In this document: one piece after another, positions 26,121-44,107 of the stretch | Position numbering within the stretch: position 1 is the first letter of the stretch | Layout: every line of letters begins with the position of its first letter | NCBI GenBank assembly: GCA_964016885.1 | Contig: OZ024747.1 | Coordinates: forward strand, 34,906,001 to 34,970,000 | DNA: 64,000 bases | Direction: 5' to 3' | DNA from: Eledone cirrhosa | Lineage: Eukaryota | Made by a program: the position numbers and the translations under genes | Notes under the pieces: generated by a model | The model's database searches: none | Told to the model about the DNA's origin: nothing | The model's input: only the letters and a program-made list of their open reading frames with translations

Positions 26121-26165
<45 letters not shown>

Positions 26166-26178
26166 TATATGTATATAT

Positions 26179-26212
<34 letters not shown>

Positions 26213-26237
26213 GCGAGTGTATGTGAATAACCCCTCT

Positions 26238-26613
<376 letters not shown>

Positions 26614-26993
26614 ACCCATGTGCAACCACGCAGCACGCCATTTTTCATATATTTATATTTTTTCCTCCGCTGCGACCTGCCTGTTTCTTTCTTACTGCTT
26701 CCCCTTTCTCTGTATCTCTCACCTTCTTTTACGCCCTTTGCCAGTCACTCTCTCTCAGCTGGGCTCTTCCTCACACTTTTACTCACTCACTCTCTGCTTC
26801 TCCCCCTCTCTCACTTCCTCCCGTTTGACCTGTGTGAAACCCTTTTCTCGCTCACATCTCACCCAGGTCGGATGGTCTTTACCTCTCGTCCATGATTTCA
26901 CCTAGCTTAAGTTCATAGGTATCACGGACTTGTCTCTTCTCTTCTTCTCTTTCCGTTGCATTATCATCTATGTTTGTTTACATGTCTTGCTCG

Positions 26994-28519
<1,526 letters not shown>

Positions 28520-28524
<5 letters not shown>

Positions 28525-31500
28525 TAATAAAAACAAAGAACATGTTCCTCAAATTAAAAAAATTCATCATTTTACGATCGTTTCTGGGATATATGTGGTG
28601 TGTTGGTCATATAGATCGATGTAAAATTATTACAAATTATTAGAGGAAATATACACACTTTCACATATACAAGCCGTTCTCAGAAATGATGAGATGTTGT
28701 TTATTGAATAAAAGAAACAAAGATTTAATATAAAACGTCTGTTTGGGAACAGGTTTCGAATTGACCAATAGAAAAGTAGTTAGAAGTCAAGTTGATAGAA
28801 AAGCAGTAATAGAAATTTAATTTAGGGGTAGAGGAGTGCAGACTTATGTTTTGAATGAAAATAATACTTTGGGGATGAAAAGAGGTCAATCCAAGGAGTT
28901 TGTGAAAGGTACACGAAAATTAGAAGTTTTAAAGAATAATGTTAAAAACGAATGAAAATAAAATGTTAGGGTAAAGGTATTAGTGAAAGATACCAATCTT
29001 ATTTAAACCACAAGGAATCTAGATCTATAACAGGAAATGAAATTAATTGATAGGTATACTTATAGGGATAAAGTAATATTAATTCATATGAATGTGATAA
29101 ATAAGATTTAGATGTTATTAAAGATTGTTGTTAAAAACGAAGGAAAGTAAAATTTTGGCATAAGGGTAGTAGTGAGAAAGACCAATCTTATTTAAACTAC
29201 AACGAATCTAGATACATAACAGGAAATTAAATTAATGTATAGGTATACTTTTAGGTATTAATTTTAGGAAAAGGGAGCTGTAAGAGGGAAATAAAATTAT
29301 GAAGTTCCCTGTAGTAAAATACTAACTATATGTTAACTAAATTAAACAAAAAACAATTATAATAATTTGTAAAATATAAGAGAAGGTGTATATTAATTAG
29401 GTTTATTATATTTGAAGTTTATTCTAATTCTATGATTGCAAGATATAACTAATTCCTGTCGCTTATTTAATAGGATATCCTTAGATTTCATGATTTCAAA
29501 AAGTTCCTGGGAGCATAACCTACACTCGTCTTTGCAATTTTGATAAGGGGTGGCCCTTTTGAGCACGCTCCTGGTCAGGTTGTAATCAATATTATTCTTT
29601 CTATAATTATTAATTATTTCAGCCAAGGATGTTGTATTAGCTAATGCGGCATTTTTAAAACTATGTTTGTGGGTATTAAATCTTACATTAAATTGGTCAG
29701 ACGTAGCTCCTATATATGAATAAGTGGAGTCTTTAGTGCTAATTTTACATTTAGAGACTATGTTATTAATAAGACAATTTCCCTTTAATGGGCAATTTCT
29801 TTTGATTCTACAGTTACAACCATTCGTGAATATTATATCAGGGGAGTTAGTCTAATTTGGTGTGGCGTTTACTCGACTTGTTGTAGGTGAAGGAGGTGGT
29901 GGTTTGTTGCGGTTGGTTTTAGTATTATGGTTGGTCTGATGTGTTGGTTGTATATTTGTGGGTTTTTTACACATATTATGCGTTGTACGCACTTATATTC
30001 TGTTGTATATTTTTGGTATGGAGTAGGAAAATTTGACAGTTGATCTATTTCAAATTTGATGGTATTTATGGTTTGGTGGGAAGTTCTTCTCTAGGATAGC
30101 ACATAATTTTTTAGCGATATTGTCTTTAATTTGTAGATTAAATGGAGCGTTATACCAAGTAACCCGTCTATTACGGTTTCCATATTGTTTTTTTTATATA
30201 TATACGATGTATCAGGATGTTTAGAACTTTCCTCAAATACTCTTACAATCTCACTATTACATTTGAAAACACCTGTAAAATAGTCAATTTCATTGTTATA
30301 ACTTTAGACCTATCTACGGGTATCTACCAACCTTACCATAAACCTAACAAAAACTTACATTACATAAACTCACAATCCAATCACCCGAGATCTATCCTTA
30401 AAAACCTAGCATATAAGATCTCACTCAGAATCTCTAACCTTTCATCTAACCAGGATGTATACGATAAAAACGCGCCCTTTTATAACGAAGTTTTAGCTAG
30501 AAGCGGCCACAAAAACAAGTTAGTCTATATACCTTGCACCAATAATACTTCAAACATACAACCCAATATCAACAACAAACACCAAATAAAAAACCCACAC
30601 CTAAATGTCACTCATACTACACCTGAAAATACCAACCTAAAACTTAATTTCTCTACCTCCTCTCACATAAAATATGATGACTTTCAAAAACCGTTCATCG
30701 TAATATTCAAATATATGTTAACAACATTGCTAACAAAATTCCTAGTAATCAGACTAAAACACCTCAATCAGTTAATCTAACTAAACCTAATAATAAAGTC
30801 ACTAATAGTAACTCTCTTAGTAAACATCCTGATACATCGTATATATATAAAAAACAATATAGAAATCTTAATAGACGGGTTACTTGGTATAACGCTCCAT
30901 TTAATCTACAAATTAAAGACAATATCCCCAAAATATTATTTGCTATCCTAGAGAAAAACTTACCACGAAACCATAAATACCATCAAATTTTAAATAGATC
31001 AACTGTCAAATGTTCCTACTCCACTACCAAAAATATACAACAGAATAGTATGCGTACAACGCATATAAGTGTAAAAAAACACAAATATACCACCAACACA
31101 TCAAACCAACCATAATACTAAAATAAACCGCAACAAACCACCATCTCCTTAACCTACAACAAGTCGAGTAAACTCCACACCAAATTTGACTAACTCCCCT
31201 GATATAATATTCACGAATGGTTGTAACTGTAGAATTAAAAGAAATTGCCCATTAAAGGGAAATTATATTATTAATAACAGTGCTAATTGTACATTTATAG
31301 ACTAAGGAGTCCACTTATTCATATATAGGAGCTACGTCTAACCAATTTAAAGTAAGATTTAATACCCACAAACATAGTTTTTAAAATGCCGCATTAACTA
31401 ATACAACATCCTTGGTTGAAATAATTAATAATTATAAAAGAAGAATATTGATTACAACCTGACCCGGAGCGTGCTCAAAAGGGCCACCCCTTATCAAAAT

Positions 31501-32662
31501 AGCAGATACGAGTATAGGTTATGCTCCCAGGAACTTTTTGAACTCATGAAATCTAAGGATATCCTATTAAATAAGCGACAGGAATTAATTATAGCTTGCA
31601 ATCATAGAATTAGAAGAACCTTCAAATATTATAAACCTAATTAATATACACCTTACTCTTATATTTTACAAATTATTATAATTGTTTTGTTTTTTTATTT
31701 AGTTAACATATAAGTAGTATTTTACTACAGGGAACTTCATAATTTTATTTCCCTCTTACAGCTCTCTATTCCTAAAATTAATACCTAAACGTATACCTAT
31801 ACATTAATTTAATTTCCTGTTATGTATCTAGATTCCGTGGAGTTTGAATAAGATTGGTATTTCTCACTACTACCCTTATCCCAACATTTTGCTTTCCTTC
31901 GTTTTTAACAACAATCTTTAATAACATCTAATTCTTATTTACCACATTCATATGAATTAATATAACTTTATCCCTATAAGTATACCTATCAATTAATTTC
32001 ATTTCTTGTTATAGATCTAGATTCCTTGTGGTTTAAATAAGATTGGTATCTCTGACTAATTCCCTTACCCTAACATTTTATTTTCATTCGTTTTTAACAT
32101 TATTCTTTAATAACTTCAAATGTTCGTGTAGCTTTCACTATCTCCTTGGCTTGACCTCTTTTCATCCCCAAAGTATTCTTTTCATTCAAAACATAAGTCT
32201 GCACTCCTCTACCCCTAAATTAAATTTCTACTACTACTATTCTATCAACTTGACTTCTAACTACTTTTCTATTGGTCAATTCAAAACCTGTTCCCAACAG
32301 ACCTTTTATTTTAAATCTTTGTTTGTTTTTAACAATAAACACATCTCATCATTTCTGAGGACGGCTTGTATATGTGAAGATATGTATATTTCCTCTGATA
32401 ATTTGTAATATTTTTACATAGATCTATATGACCAACACACATATACATCCCAGAAAGGATCGTAAAATGATGAATTTTTTAATATAAGGATCTTGTTCTT
32501 TGTTTTTATTTCATTGTCTTTATTAATTTATCCTGACTCTGTTTTCCTATGATTTTTATCGAAAATTTTTGAATGCATCTTCTCTTTTCATGATATTTGG
32601 ATTACATTGAGTTCTCCATACGGATTGGACACTACCGTATATTTTGGTAGATTTATCTACAT
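28520..32662. mobile_element. Head-to-head pair of 5'-truncated AT-rich PLEs (minus 28520-30215; plus 30216-32662)
   Basis: ORF 30217-30780 (TLDLSTG..PYHKPN..SNHP); WYNAPF, CNCR..CPL and YIGAT remnants on both arms; HHRs at 28564-28692 (-) and 32346-32473 (+). Confidence 0.9.
32346..32473 (+). ncRNA. Hammerhead with 91-nt stem II domain
   Basis: tcatcattt CTGAGGA ... GAAA ggatcg TA aaatgatga; perfect 9-bp stem I. Confidence 0.7.
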
Positions 32663-32665
32663 ATA

Positions 32666-32723
<58 letters not shown>

Positions 32724-32728
<5 letters not shown>

Positions 32729-32914
32729 GTTTCTACTTTTGGCATAAGACGACCAATTATCCAGTGCATTACTGGTATTTTATTTTATCGACCCCGTAAG
32801 GATGAAAGGCAAAGTTTACCTCGACGGCATTTGAACTCAGAATGGCAAGGGCCGTAACTCTATGCGTCAAAGCATGGCGTCCGACCCTCTACCGATACTG
32901 CCAATTCACCGCCC
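32724..32914 (-). mobile_element. tRNA-derived SINE; further copies at 57456-57640(-), 62090-62209(-), 62295-62488(+), 63075-63263(-)
   Basis: A-box-like tggcagtatcgg and B-box-like gagttcaaat, then gcctttcatccttacggggtcgataaaataaagtaccag (resembles the Meta-type SINE central domain, from memory). Confidence 0.8.
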
Positions 32915-34217
32915 TATATAATGTTAGCATTGTAGTTTCAATGGTTAACAGGTTACTCACTCAGGAGATGTTAGTCATGACCAATGAAAATGCTATGTTT
33001 TGTAAGTTCAATTAGAAAAGAAAATAGGTGGGTGTGAAGTAGGAAGTATAAACCTCAGTACATTTGTTAAAATGTAGAGGAATGAACTGAAGTTAAAACT
33101 ACTCTGAGCATGAATTTGTTGTTGGAGGTAAATGATATCTGAATTCTCTAAAAAATGGTAGTATGGAAAACATAAGAAACGGATAAATTATTTTAAATTT
33201 CTGTTGTTTTTTTAACCCATTATCTGTCATTTGAAAGAAACAAATGTAATAACATTCGGTTTATTTCTTATTTGATTAATATAAAATGAACATATTTTAA
33301 GTGTTTCTCAATGATTGAATCCGGTCACAGGAATTATCTTCTCCCTACACACTCTTTTGAACATATAAATACACAAAACCTACGATAAAATATGTTAGAG
33401 TCCTGTCTGTGGTTTGTACACGGAATTCACAGCTACCTGCCAATTAATAGTTTCATAACAATACACGAGCAGACAAGAAATAACCATCGAAGTTTATGCC
33501 ATTATATTAACATTTCACTCCCATTTTATAGGATAAATACTAACATAAATCATTTCCTGATTTACTTAAAGTTACATTGTATCTTACATTTATAGCAGAT
33601 AATAAATGTATGAATATCAATTAAGTATGAGATCTTGCACCCAAAATGCATTATTATAATTCCAATACTAACTCCCCGAAGAGACAAGTCTGCATTTAAA
33701 TTGCAATAGCAAACGTGAGGAATATATTTATCCCGTACGAATTGTTATAAACGTTTATGTATTCTACAGACATTTAGTGAAAGAGATGATGTATAAGTTA
33801 TCAAATGACAGTAACATTCTACAAAGTTTGAAATATATGTTTGATTCCTAGAATATAAACTATAAAACTAATTAGTAAGAGATGTTGATTTATGGAAAGC
33901 TGGGGATTTTTATGGAATTTATGGAAAGCTGGTCTTTTCTTTTTAAATAAGGATTAAAGCTTTTAAAATTTAGTACGAATGAGATGTTCATATCAGAGAT
34001 ATTTCAACAGGCTATATTCTGTTGCAACTAATTTCCAGTATACTACTGATGAAATTACTACTACTTGATAATGAGAAAACAACGTTTTCTAAAGAGATGT
34101 GTATTCGGGAGGATTAAACGGCGGAAATTCCATATCTTGTTCTCAAATATATTTCGTTTTCACCTTTCGAATATTTTAGAAATTTTGGAATATTAAAGTT
34201 ACATTGGACTGGGAAAC

Positions 34218-34320
34218 AACTGTCATACAGGGTAAAAAACTGTCATACAGGGTACACAATCTGTCATACAGGGTGCACAAAATGTCATACAGGGTGTGCA
34301 AAAAGCATACAGGGTACACA
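34218..34320 (+). repeat. Minisatellite, five copies of about 20-21 bp
   Basis: Variants of ctgtcatacagggtacacaa. Confidence 0.8.
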
Positions 34321-35439
34321 CCCGTTGTTTTCTTAAGTTTAACATTATAATCTTAATATAAGTTTAATTGTGTTGTAATTTGCAAAACATAAGATATACT
34401 GCCTGTTAAATCAAATAATATATTATAATACTCTTTTATAATCAGTACGGATTTAAATATTTCTGCGATCAATAAAATGTAGTAATTCTATACTGTTGTT
34501 TGAATATCTATCTGTGATTTAGAACCTGCTCAGCTTTTACTGAGCAGACATATGACCGATGGCGTTTCATCCAGATCTAACTATATGTTTTAGCAGTAAA
34601 AATCACGAAAGTATGATTTGAAGGAGAAGATATTATATATCTTCGTCATATATAACAAATAGGTTCGTCGGGTTTTATTTTGATCACATACGCATTTAGA
34701 TTTTCGCTGGAAGCAAAGAAAAAACAACAATAAAGTTGGCATTATAAGGAAATCCAGTCATACATCGAGGCTTTTATATTTTACAACTCCAGTAAATCTG
34801 AATCTAGAAAATGCACTTAACTCAATTCACCATGAAGATTAAGGTTGGATAGATATAAAAATAAACACGAATATTCAAACTTCTTGTCTTAATTTGATGG
34901 TGGCAGAGATAATTAAGTTTTTCAATATTGGAAAACAATGGAAGATGGATGTGGCTGTTGGGTGTTGCGTACGATATTTGTAAAGTAAATTTAATTCAAT
35001 ATGCCATAATATATATTATTTTATATATTCTGGGTGTCTTCTTTGTCTGGAATAACAGAAATAATATGATATACAATGCAGGGTACAAGTCGTAGACGTT
35101 GTATGTATCTACTCCACATCTCTAAGGTTGTGATTCATCCTCTGGCCGTTGCTAACCTTTATGAACCACCTAGAAGATTGCTTTTCTGGACTCCGGGTGC
35201 ATAACCACGAGTTGTTTGGCCACATATCAACTTGAAATCAATCATTGAGATGGGCACTAGCCTCACCTGACCGGATCTGCATGATCATTTTCTTTCATCA
35301 TCATCATCATCATCATCAACACCATGATGTTGAACACGTGCTACTGAATTCGAAGCATATATGCTTTTCAGCGCCGCCTTGCGTAACTTCTCAGGGCAAG
35401 CGGTTGTCGGGGATTACAGTTCTGAACTCGGTGGCTGAT

Positions 35440-35765
35440 GCGGAGTACTGTGAAAAACTGATAACTGCAGTCGAGATACAGAAAGTCCTGGCCGAATGTA
35501 GGAGGTACAACTCACCCAGTTTAGATGGTCTCCCGTATAGGTTTTACGTAGTCATGCCAGAATTGTTCTCCGATGTAATCGAAGCTGTTTATCGCAACTA
35601 GCAGCAAATCGGGAGATTCCCTCCAGTTGTGTTTGTTGGGGCATCGCTGAAAAGGAAAGACGGGAACAATTGGTACATCATTGATAATTTCCGGCCCATA
35701 ACTGTGCTAAAGATAGAGGTTGATATTTTGACTGAGATATTGGCAACGGGATTGCCGTTCCTCAA
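35440..35765 (+). pseudogene. LINE (L1/Tx1-like) RT N-terminal fragment
   Basis: ITAVEIQKVL..SPSLDGLPYRFY..NFRPITVL. Confidence 0.7.
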
Positions 35766-36071
35766 GTGTCCGTTCGGGGAGAATAGCCTGGGTGAATGAG
35801 CCTACGCTAATTGCGTGCTTAAAACAGGGGTACTATTGGCCTTAAGTCAGATATCGAGTTGGTTGGGTCCTTAAATTAACCGTGGTTGTTGCTTTCTCAT
35901 TTTAGAGAATTCTGTTAAAATATATATTTACTTTATTATCTTCTTCGTTCTTGTGAACTCGAATAGTGTAAATAAACCCACTGTCAGTTCATTCATATTC
36001 TCTTTTGTATTTCGGACGCAGTTGCCAATAAGGAATACTTCATGACTCTTTGTAGCAGCAGCAGCAACATC

Positions 36072-36115
<44 letters not shown>

Positions 36116-36125
36116 CAGCAGCAGC

Positions 36126-36167
<42 letters not shown>

Positions 36168-36567
36168 CTAAACAATTGTAATGCTGCATGAAGCTATTAT
36201 GTATATACACCTCATCTAAACACCCTCCACCACCAACAACATATCAAATTATATCTCATAAAATGATCTTTTAATTTCATCTCTTGGTAAGAGAATCACA
36301 ATCAGAAGAAACATATCTAATTACATGCCCGGTCATCACGGCATCCACAAACAACTGTGTATACAGCAATCTAATATCATCTATCACACACATTATACGT
36401 TTCTTTTTCATTCACTAAACATATTTCATAATTTAAACATTGACAACTTAAAGGTAGACAAATTGTAAGGTTGTTACAATGTTTAACAAAGAATACAAAC
36501 ATGTACAGAACAGCATTAGAATAACACTTATATACGAGCATTGACACAGCCAAGTAAAAGACACACA

Positions 36568-37823
<1,256 letters not shown>

Positions 37824-38437
37824 TATATATATACATTAAGAGACGAAGCTTGTCCAATAACATTGACGTAGCTTAGGACGTTTTCCCACTTACTAGATGA
37901 TATAATTAAGTCCGTATTGTTAAAATTCGAACCCAACTGGTTAGTGTGTGAACACACGTTAATCAGTGAGGCAGGTGTCTTCCTGTTGGTAAGATAGTTG
38001 AGATACCCGGACTGATGCATCAGTTTCTTCGGTTCAGATATTCCGGGAGTGTTCCGAGTGGAATAACCACGTGCAGATTATTAGACATACACACACACAT
38101 ACATACACGCAAACACACATACACACACCTATATATATAAACATATATATTATATATACGATATGTATATATATATATATATATATATAAATATATTTAT
38201 AGTATAAAGAAAACGAAAAATGAGTGATGCATCTGGACTTAATTTATTGCGTGTTACAATTGTCTCGCCGGCAGGTAGCTCGAGACATGGTCCCTGTATG
38301 TATCTGGCTGATTTCGTTTTCTTTATACTATCTACACTCTACTCTGCTGAATATCGAGTGCTAATTTTGGCATACCGAATATGGAAGCACCATAGCTACC
38401 ATTATACACAACTAAATATAAATATATGTATATATAT

Positions 38438-38496
<59 letters not shown>

Positions 38497-38500
<4 letters not shown>

Positions 38501-38728
38501 CTGGAGAGCTCAATTTGCTGGCCACTGTCACCGTGCGAGCAATGAAATCAATTCCGCTCTGGAACCCTGACTCCAGCCTGACTAGGAGTAGGAAGCTGTC
38601 ATTCCCTGACGTTATCTCTAGGGATACGGTAATCAGTAGACGGGACCAGGGGGCAGCGATGGGGGACAGGTAATTCTGGGGCATGAGAGTGAGATCCGAC
38701 AGTAGTCGACGAATGATGATGATGATGA
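38497..38728 (+). mobile_element. RTE-like LINE 3' end with (GAT)n tail
   Basis: RAQFAGHCHR..RSRKLSFPDVISRDT. Confidence 0.6.
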
Positions 38729-39237
38729 TATATAAAGTAGTTGTTGCTGTTGGTGTGTTTGTTTGTCTGTTTGTTTGTTCACGAACTCCTCCTATAGTTT
38801 TGGAGATAGGCCCCCATAACCATATATATTCTGAAACGAAATTGCCCAGTATATTTGGATAACTATATTTCATTTTAATCAAACGGTTCCCTGGCGGCAC
38901 AAAACCCCGCTGAAATGTTTTTCCTTTCGATTTATATCAAATTTAAACCGTAGGTAAATGACAAGATATGATGCCTATTCACAAAAGTTTTGAATTGATA
39001 TTTTGAAAAAAAAACATTTACAAGAAACAAAATAAGAATAAGATTTAATAATGTAATTTTGATTTGATAAATTACAAACAATAATGCTTTCTAATTTTTC
39101 ATGAATTACATTTTACATTGAGTAATATTGAAATGCAGAGTTTTTCTCCATAAATGATATCACTGATTCAAAATCAATAATCATTCTCTTACAAAAAATA
39201 TGTGTGAAACGCAGCAAGGCGCGGATAATTCGGCTAG
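38728..39237 (+). mobile_element. Non-autonomous Helitron, same family as 13975-15148
   Basis: Shared 5' and 3' regions; ends gcagcaaggcgcggataattcggCTAG|T. Confidence 0.8.
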
Positions 39238-39239
39238 TA

Positions 39240-39296
<57 letters not shown>

Positions 39297-39305
39297 ATAT
39301 ATATA

Positions 39306-39421
<116 letters not shown>

Positions 39422-39445
39422 GTAATAATAATAAAATTGAAGACT

Positions 39446-39494
39446 GTTTCAGAAGATCCCGTTAAGGGTGAAAGCAGCGATTCTTTGCTTAAAC
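39446..39494 (+). ncRNA. Hammerhead variant (CAGAAGA core) in 5' pLTR; second copy at 42711-42758
   Basis: gttt CAGAAGA t ccc-gttaa-ggg t GAAA gcag-cgattct-ttgc TT aaac. Confidence 0.6.
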
Positions 39495-39648
39495 TTTAAT
39501 CTGTTATTTTAATAAATATTTGCTCTACGGTTCTTATATATTTGATACATATTTTCCTTATCGAGCCCTCTTTGTATTTTAGTCTTCAATTTTATTATTA
39601 TTACTATTTGGCTCCTTCGGTTGAGCACTCTACTGACTTATATTCATC

Positions 39649-41780
39649 ATGCAGAAACAACATCTGAATATTTCTACAAAGAACATACCCGTACCAAGCA
39701 GGAAAACATACCTAAAACTCCTGATACAGAAAACAGACGCGTTCATTAAAAGGTTGCGTTGGCGTGCCTTTTATTTCGATAATCCGCGAAAAGCAGACAA
39801 CAAACAGGATAAATTTGGATTTAAAACTTATAATAACCCTCCGTGGAACCCAGCATTCCTACCCTTCGAAAATGATGTCTTGGAACTCATTCGGAATATC
39901 AAATTTCGGAGTAGTAGCAATTCCTTCCAGCAAGACCTGAAGAATAGAATTCGTTCTATTAAGGATTCTAACGCCGTGCACGTCCATTCCGACAAAACTG
40001 GCAACCTATATCAAGTGGAGCGCATTACTTACCATCAACTACTACATAATGCTGTAATTAAGGATTACCGTAAAGCTAATCGGTGCGTCATCAATGAAAT
40101 CAACGATGCTGGGTTTAAAATCACATCTGATCTCAACATCCTGGACCGGACCGAACCTCTGAACGCTATCTCTCCCCACTTTACCCTGAAAGATTACAAA
40201 TCCAATTTTCCGAACAACCTCTCTATTCGGCTTATTACCCCTACGAAGTCCGATTTAGGTAGACTTAGTAAAACGATTCTTGATAGAATTATACCTGAAA
40301 TTAGAAATTTTGGCCCCTTTCGCACTGTGGAACAATTCTTTCGCGGTGATTGATTGGTTCAACGGCATATGTAACAAGGAACATTGCCGTTTTATCCAAT
40401 TCGACATCAACAATTACTACTCCTCCATCACTTTACCACTTCTCTTGAGAGCTATCAATTTCGCTAAAACACTCACAGTGGTTAAGGATTTTGAAGTTAA
40501 TGTCATCCTTAATGCCCGAAAGTCGGTGATTAATTTCGACGACTCTATTTGGATTAAAAAAATCCAATAGTACCCCATTCGACGTGAGTATGGGCGCCAG
40601 TGACTCTGCGGAGGTTACTGATCTTATTGCCCTTTTCCTTCTTTTCTCTATCAAGGACGAATTCCCCAACGCGGGCGGTGGTTTGTACCGTGACGATGGT
40701 CTTTTGACCATGACTAAGTGCGGACCTCGTGCTTGCGACAGGTTCAGAAAAGAACTCAAAGCCTTCTTTAAAGGCTTCAACCTCTCTATACAGGTTGAGG
40801 CCAATCTCTCGGTCGTTAATTACCTCGACGTTACCCTCAATTTATTGAATGGGTTGTATTACCCGTATAGAAAGCCGAATGATACGCTTAATTACATAAG
40901 TAAGCATTCCAACCATCCTGCCAGCATAACCAAGAACCTGGTAAGAAACGTTTCGTTGAGGCTTTCCCGTCTTTCCACCAACGAGCGCATTTTCAACGAC
41001 CATTCCACTTATTACAATGAAGCTCTTGCTCGAAGTGGATTTGTCGATAAGGTAGCATATACAGTGTACGAAAATAGACCTAGAAGAAATAGATCCCGTC
41101 GCATTTGTTGGTTTAACCCACCATATAATATGGAGGTGGCCACACCATTAGCTAAGATCTTTCTTTCCCTTATTACGAAGCATTTTCCCACTACACATAA
41201 ATATATTAACATTTTTAATAGAAATACTATTAAAATTTCTTACTCTACGACTCCTAACCTTGCACATAACATCACAGCTTCAAATTTAGCTAAACTACCT
41301 AGCCGTAGGAACACGTGCAACCCTGTAGTTAGTACTAACTGTAATTGCAGGAATCGGGCTGATTGCCCCCTAGCCGGGAAATGCCTCTCTAGTAACATTG
41401 TCTACAAATGTAAGGTTGTAACACCCACGTCCCGTAGGGCCTACATAGGGTTAACCGCCAATAGTTTCAAGCAGCGTCTTTACATGCATACCCAGTCTTT
41501 TCGTTACCCTCTAAGAAGGAATATGACGTCACTTTCAGCTTATATCTGGAGTCTAAAAGACAACCACACCCAAAATAAGTTACACTGGGAGATCCTAGCT
41601 AGGGCTAGATCGTATAACGGAAATAAAAGACCATGTGACCTCTCCGCCGCTGAGGCCCTGGAAATACTCTACGCTACAGACCACATCTTAAACAAAAAAT
41701 CTGAGGCAATTTCGGCTTGTAAACATAAATTGCACAAAACTTTCCTGTATTACAGCCCCACGTTATACCCTAACGGATAG
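39649..41780 (+). pseudogene. PLE reverse transcriptase-GIY-YIG endonuclease, frameshifted near 40310 and 40565
   Basis: SDKT, FDINNYYSSI, MGASDS, LYRDDG, YLDVTL, SNHP, WFNPPY, CNCRNRADCPLAGKC and IVYKC..AYIGLT. Confidence 0.93.
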
Positions 41781-42790
41781 CACGATCTATACGTGGATAT
41801 TTTACGTCTTGATGTGGGAGCTAAGTATATGTTTTGTTTATTCCTTTACTTATTTGCATAGGTAAGTATATATTACCCGTATGTTTTGTGAAGGTATGTA
41901 TACATTCTCGTACGTATATTTGACTGTTATAGCGTATAATTTTTACATATTCTGGTATTTAGGGTTTGGCTATGTGTATACGGGAGTTTTGCATCCGCGT
42001 GAGTGTGCAGGTTCGTACGTATGGTGGGTGTGTGTATATGTGTACTTCTTGTTTTAGTTGACTTACGTCTCCGAACATTCGTGTATTTATAGGTAGGTAT
42101 GCGTGTGCGCTTGTTATATACATATTTATTTACTTATATACTTTTATATAATTATTTATTTATTTGTACACAAGCATACACACACACACATATTTATATG
42201 TGCGTGGTTTTGTATACCCATGGTAAGGTTTTGCGTATGCTCATGTATGTACGTATCTGTTTGCGTGTATGCATTTATTTGTTTCTATTACTTCTGTATT
42301 GTATTTATTTACTTTGTTCTTAACTTTGTAGCGGAGATTCATTTAGTCTCCTAGTTAGAATTTTAGTCTACGATTTCTGCTATACCATTTACGTGGTTTT
42401 GTCTTTGCGTGCTATTGTTCTCCACGCTCCACATATGACTTATTATCTTCGTTTTTTCGTTCATTTCCAGAGAACGTCTCTATGCACCACCTAAGAGAAC
42501 ATTAGTCTACGACCTCTTTTATACCATAAACGTGGTTTTGTCTTTGCGCGTAATTGTTTTTCACCGCCCCTATTAATGACGTATTATTCGTTTTTTCCCG
42601 TTCTTTGCCAGCGAACGTTACCACGAACCAAAGTATCGTCTTCCTGTCTTCCTCCGGTTGCAACGTTTTTTGAAATATCCAGTTCTGCGTTTACAGATTG
42701 ACTTTGTTAATTTCAGAAGATCCCGTTAAGGGTGAAAGCAGCGATTCTTTGCTTAAACTTTAATCTGTTATTTTAATAAATATATATCTA

Positions 42791-42896
<106 letters not shown>

Positions 42897-44107
42897 TGGG
42901 TGTGTGTGTGTGTGCGCTGGCACACAACCCTTTTAAGTACATATACAGAAACACATGTCCACACTGCATGAAGCATACACTCAGGAGCTTCCTCAGAAAG
43001 TCAATGTAAAAACATTGACCTCCGTCACTTCACTAGACCTGACATATAATTGGCAAGGCTGGCTCAATTATTGAACACGCTGCACGAATGATATTTCCGG
43101 CTTAACCTATGAAATCGTACAACAACAGTTATTGTATAAAAAGGGGAAATAAAAAAGAAAGCATATAAAATCTGAAAGTTATATATAATCATTGTAGAAT
43201 GGAAAATTTTGAAAACAAAGAATAATTGAAAGTGTAAGTTATATAAATATTTCTTTATATGAATGGTGTGGCTAATATACTTTAGTATCTGGTACTTGAT
43301 TGCTTGCGACAATGATAATGATAATAATGATGATGGCGGGGAAACACAGATTTAAACGAATATCTCGATATATCCCATTTTCATTGATATGCTCTTTAAT
43401 ACGGTCGAATAGGGCTGTCTATGTGAAGATGGAATAGGGCTGTCTATGTAAAATAGGTTGCTCTTGTTACATTCTAGCCTGTATACTACATAGGCAACAA
43501 TAAGTTTTGTGGATATGGCAATTGGCTAGGGTGCATGCGTTATCCTCATTGGGTGGTTGTCTTGTGGAGAGGCATATTCGCAGGAGAGGTCCAGAGTGAG
43601 CTAGTTTGATATTGAAGCCCTCTCTTCTGATGGCTTTGTGCATGGCGTTGGTGGTTTCCTCGTCGAGATATGGGCTCTTGAAGAACCAACTGTTTTTTGT
43701 GTTGCTCCGGTCTCTTGTTCGGGAGTTCTGACGTGGAGTGGAGAAGGAATTTGGGTAGCCTTAATCTCTAGTACCTTATGGAATCGTCTGATATGGATGG
43801 CTCTAATAGCAGCAACATTACAACCACAATCTTACCGAACGCAGTATAGGCACGCCGAGGATTAAGGAAGCCCTCTTAATCAAATAATTAAAAGCTAATT
43901 ATAATAATCGAATAGAAAAATGTGCACCAGAATGTATTCCAACATCCCATCCTGTATTCCAACATCCCAGTGGTCAGTTTCATTCTTTCTATGCAGATTT
44001 GACTGATCAGCCAGTCTGCTAATATGCAAATCAGACTGAACAGTCACTGTATATTTTAGAACATATCATATATTTCCACTAGTTCTGACATTTGGCAGGT
44101 GAACAGT

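Noticed and set aside
34218-34320. CRISPR-like spacing of a 20-bp repeat
   Set aside because: No unique spacers, eukaryotic context and no cas genes; it is a minisatellite.
39649-41780. Selenocysteine recoding as in some Naiad PLEs
   Set aside because: The interruptions are frameshifts, not in-frame TGA at Cys positions, and I recognised no SECIS.
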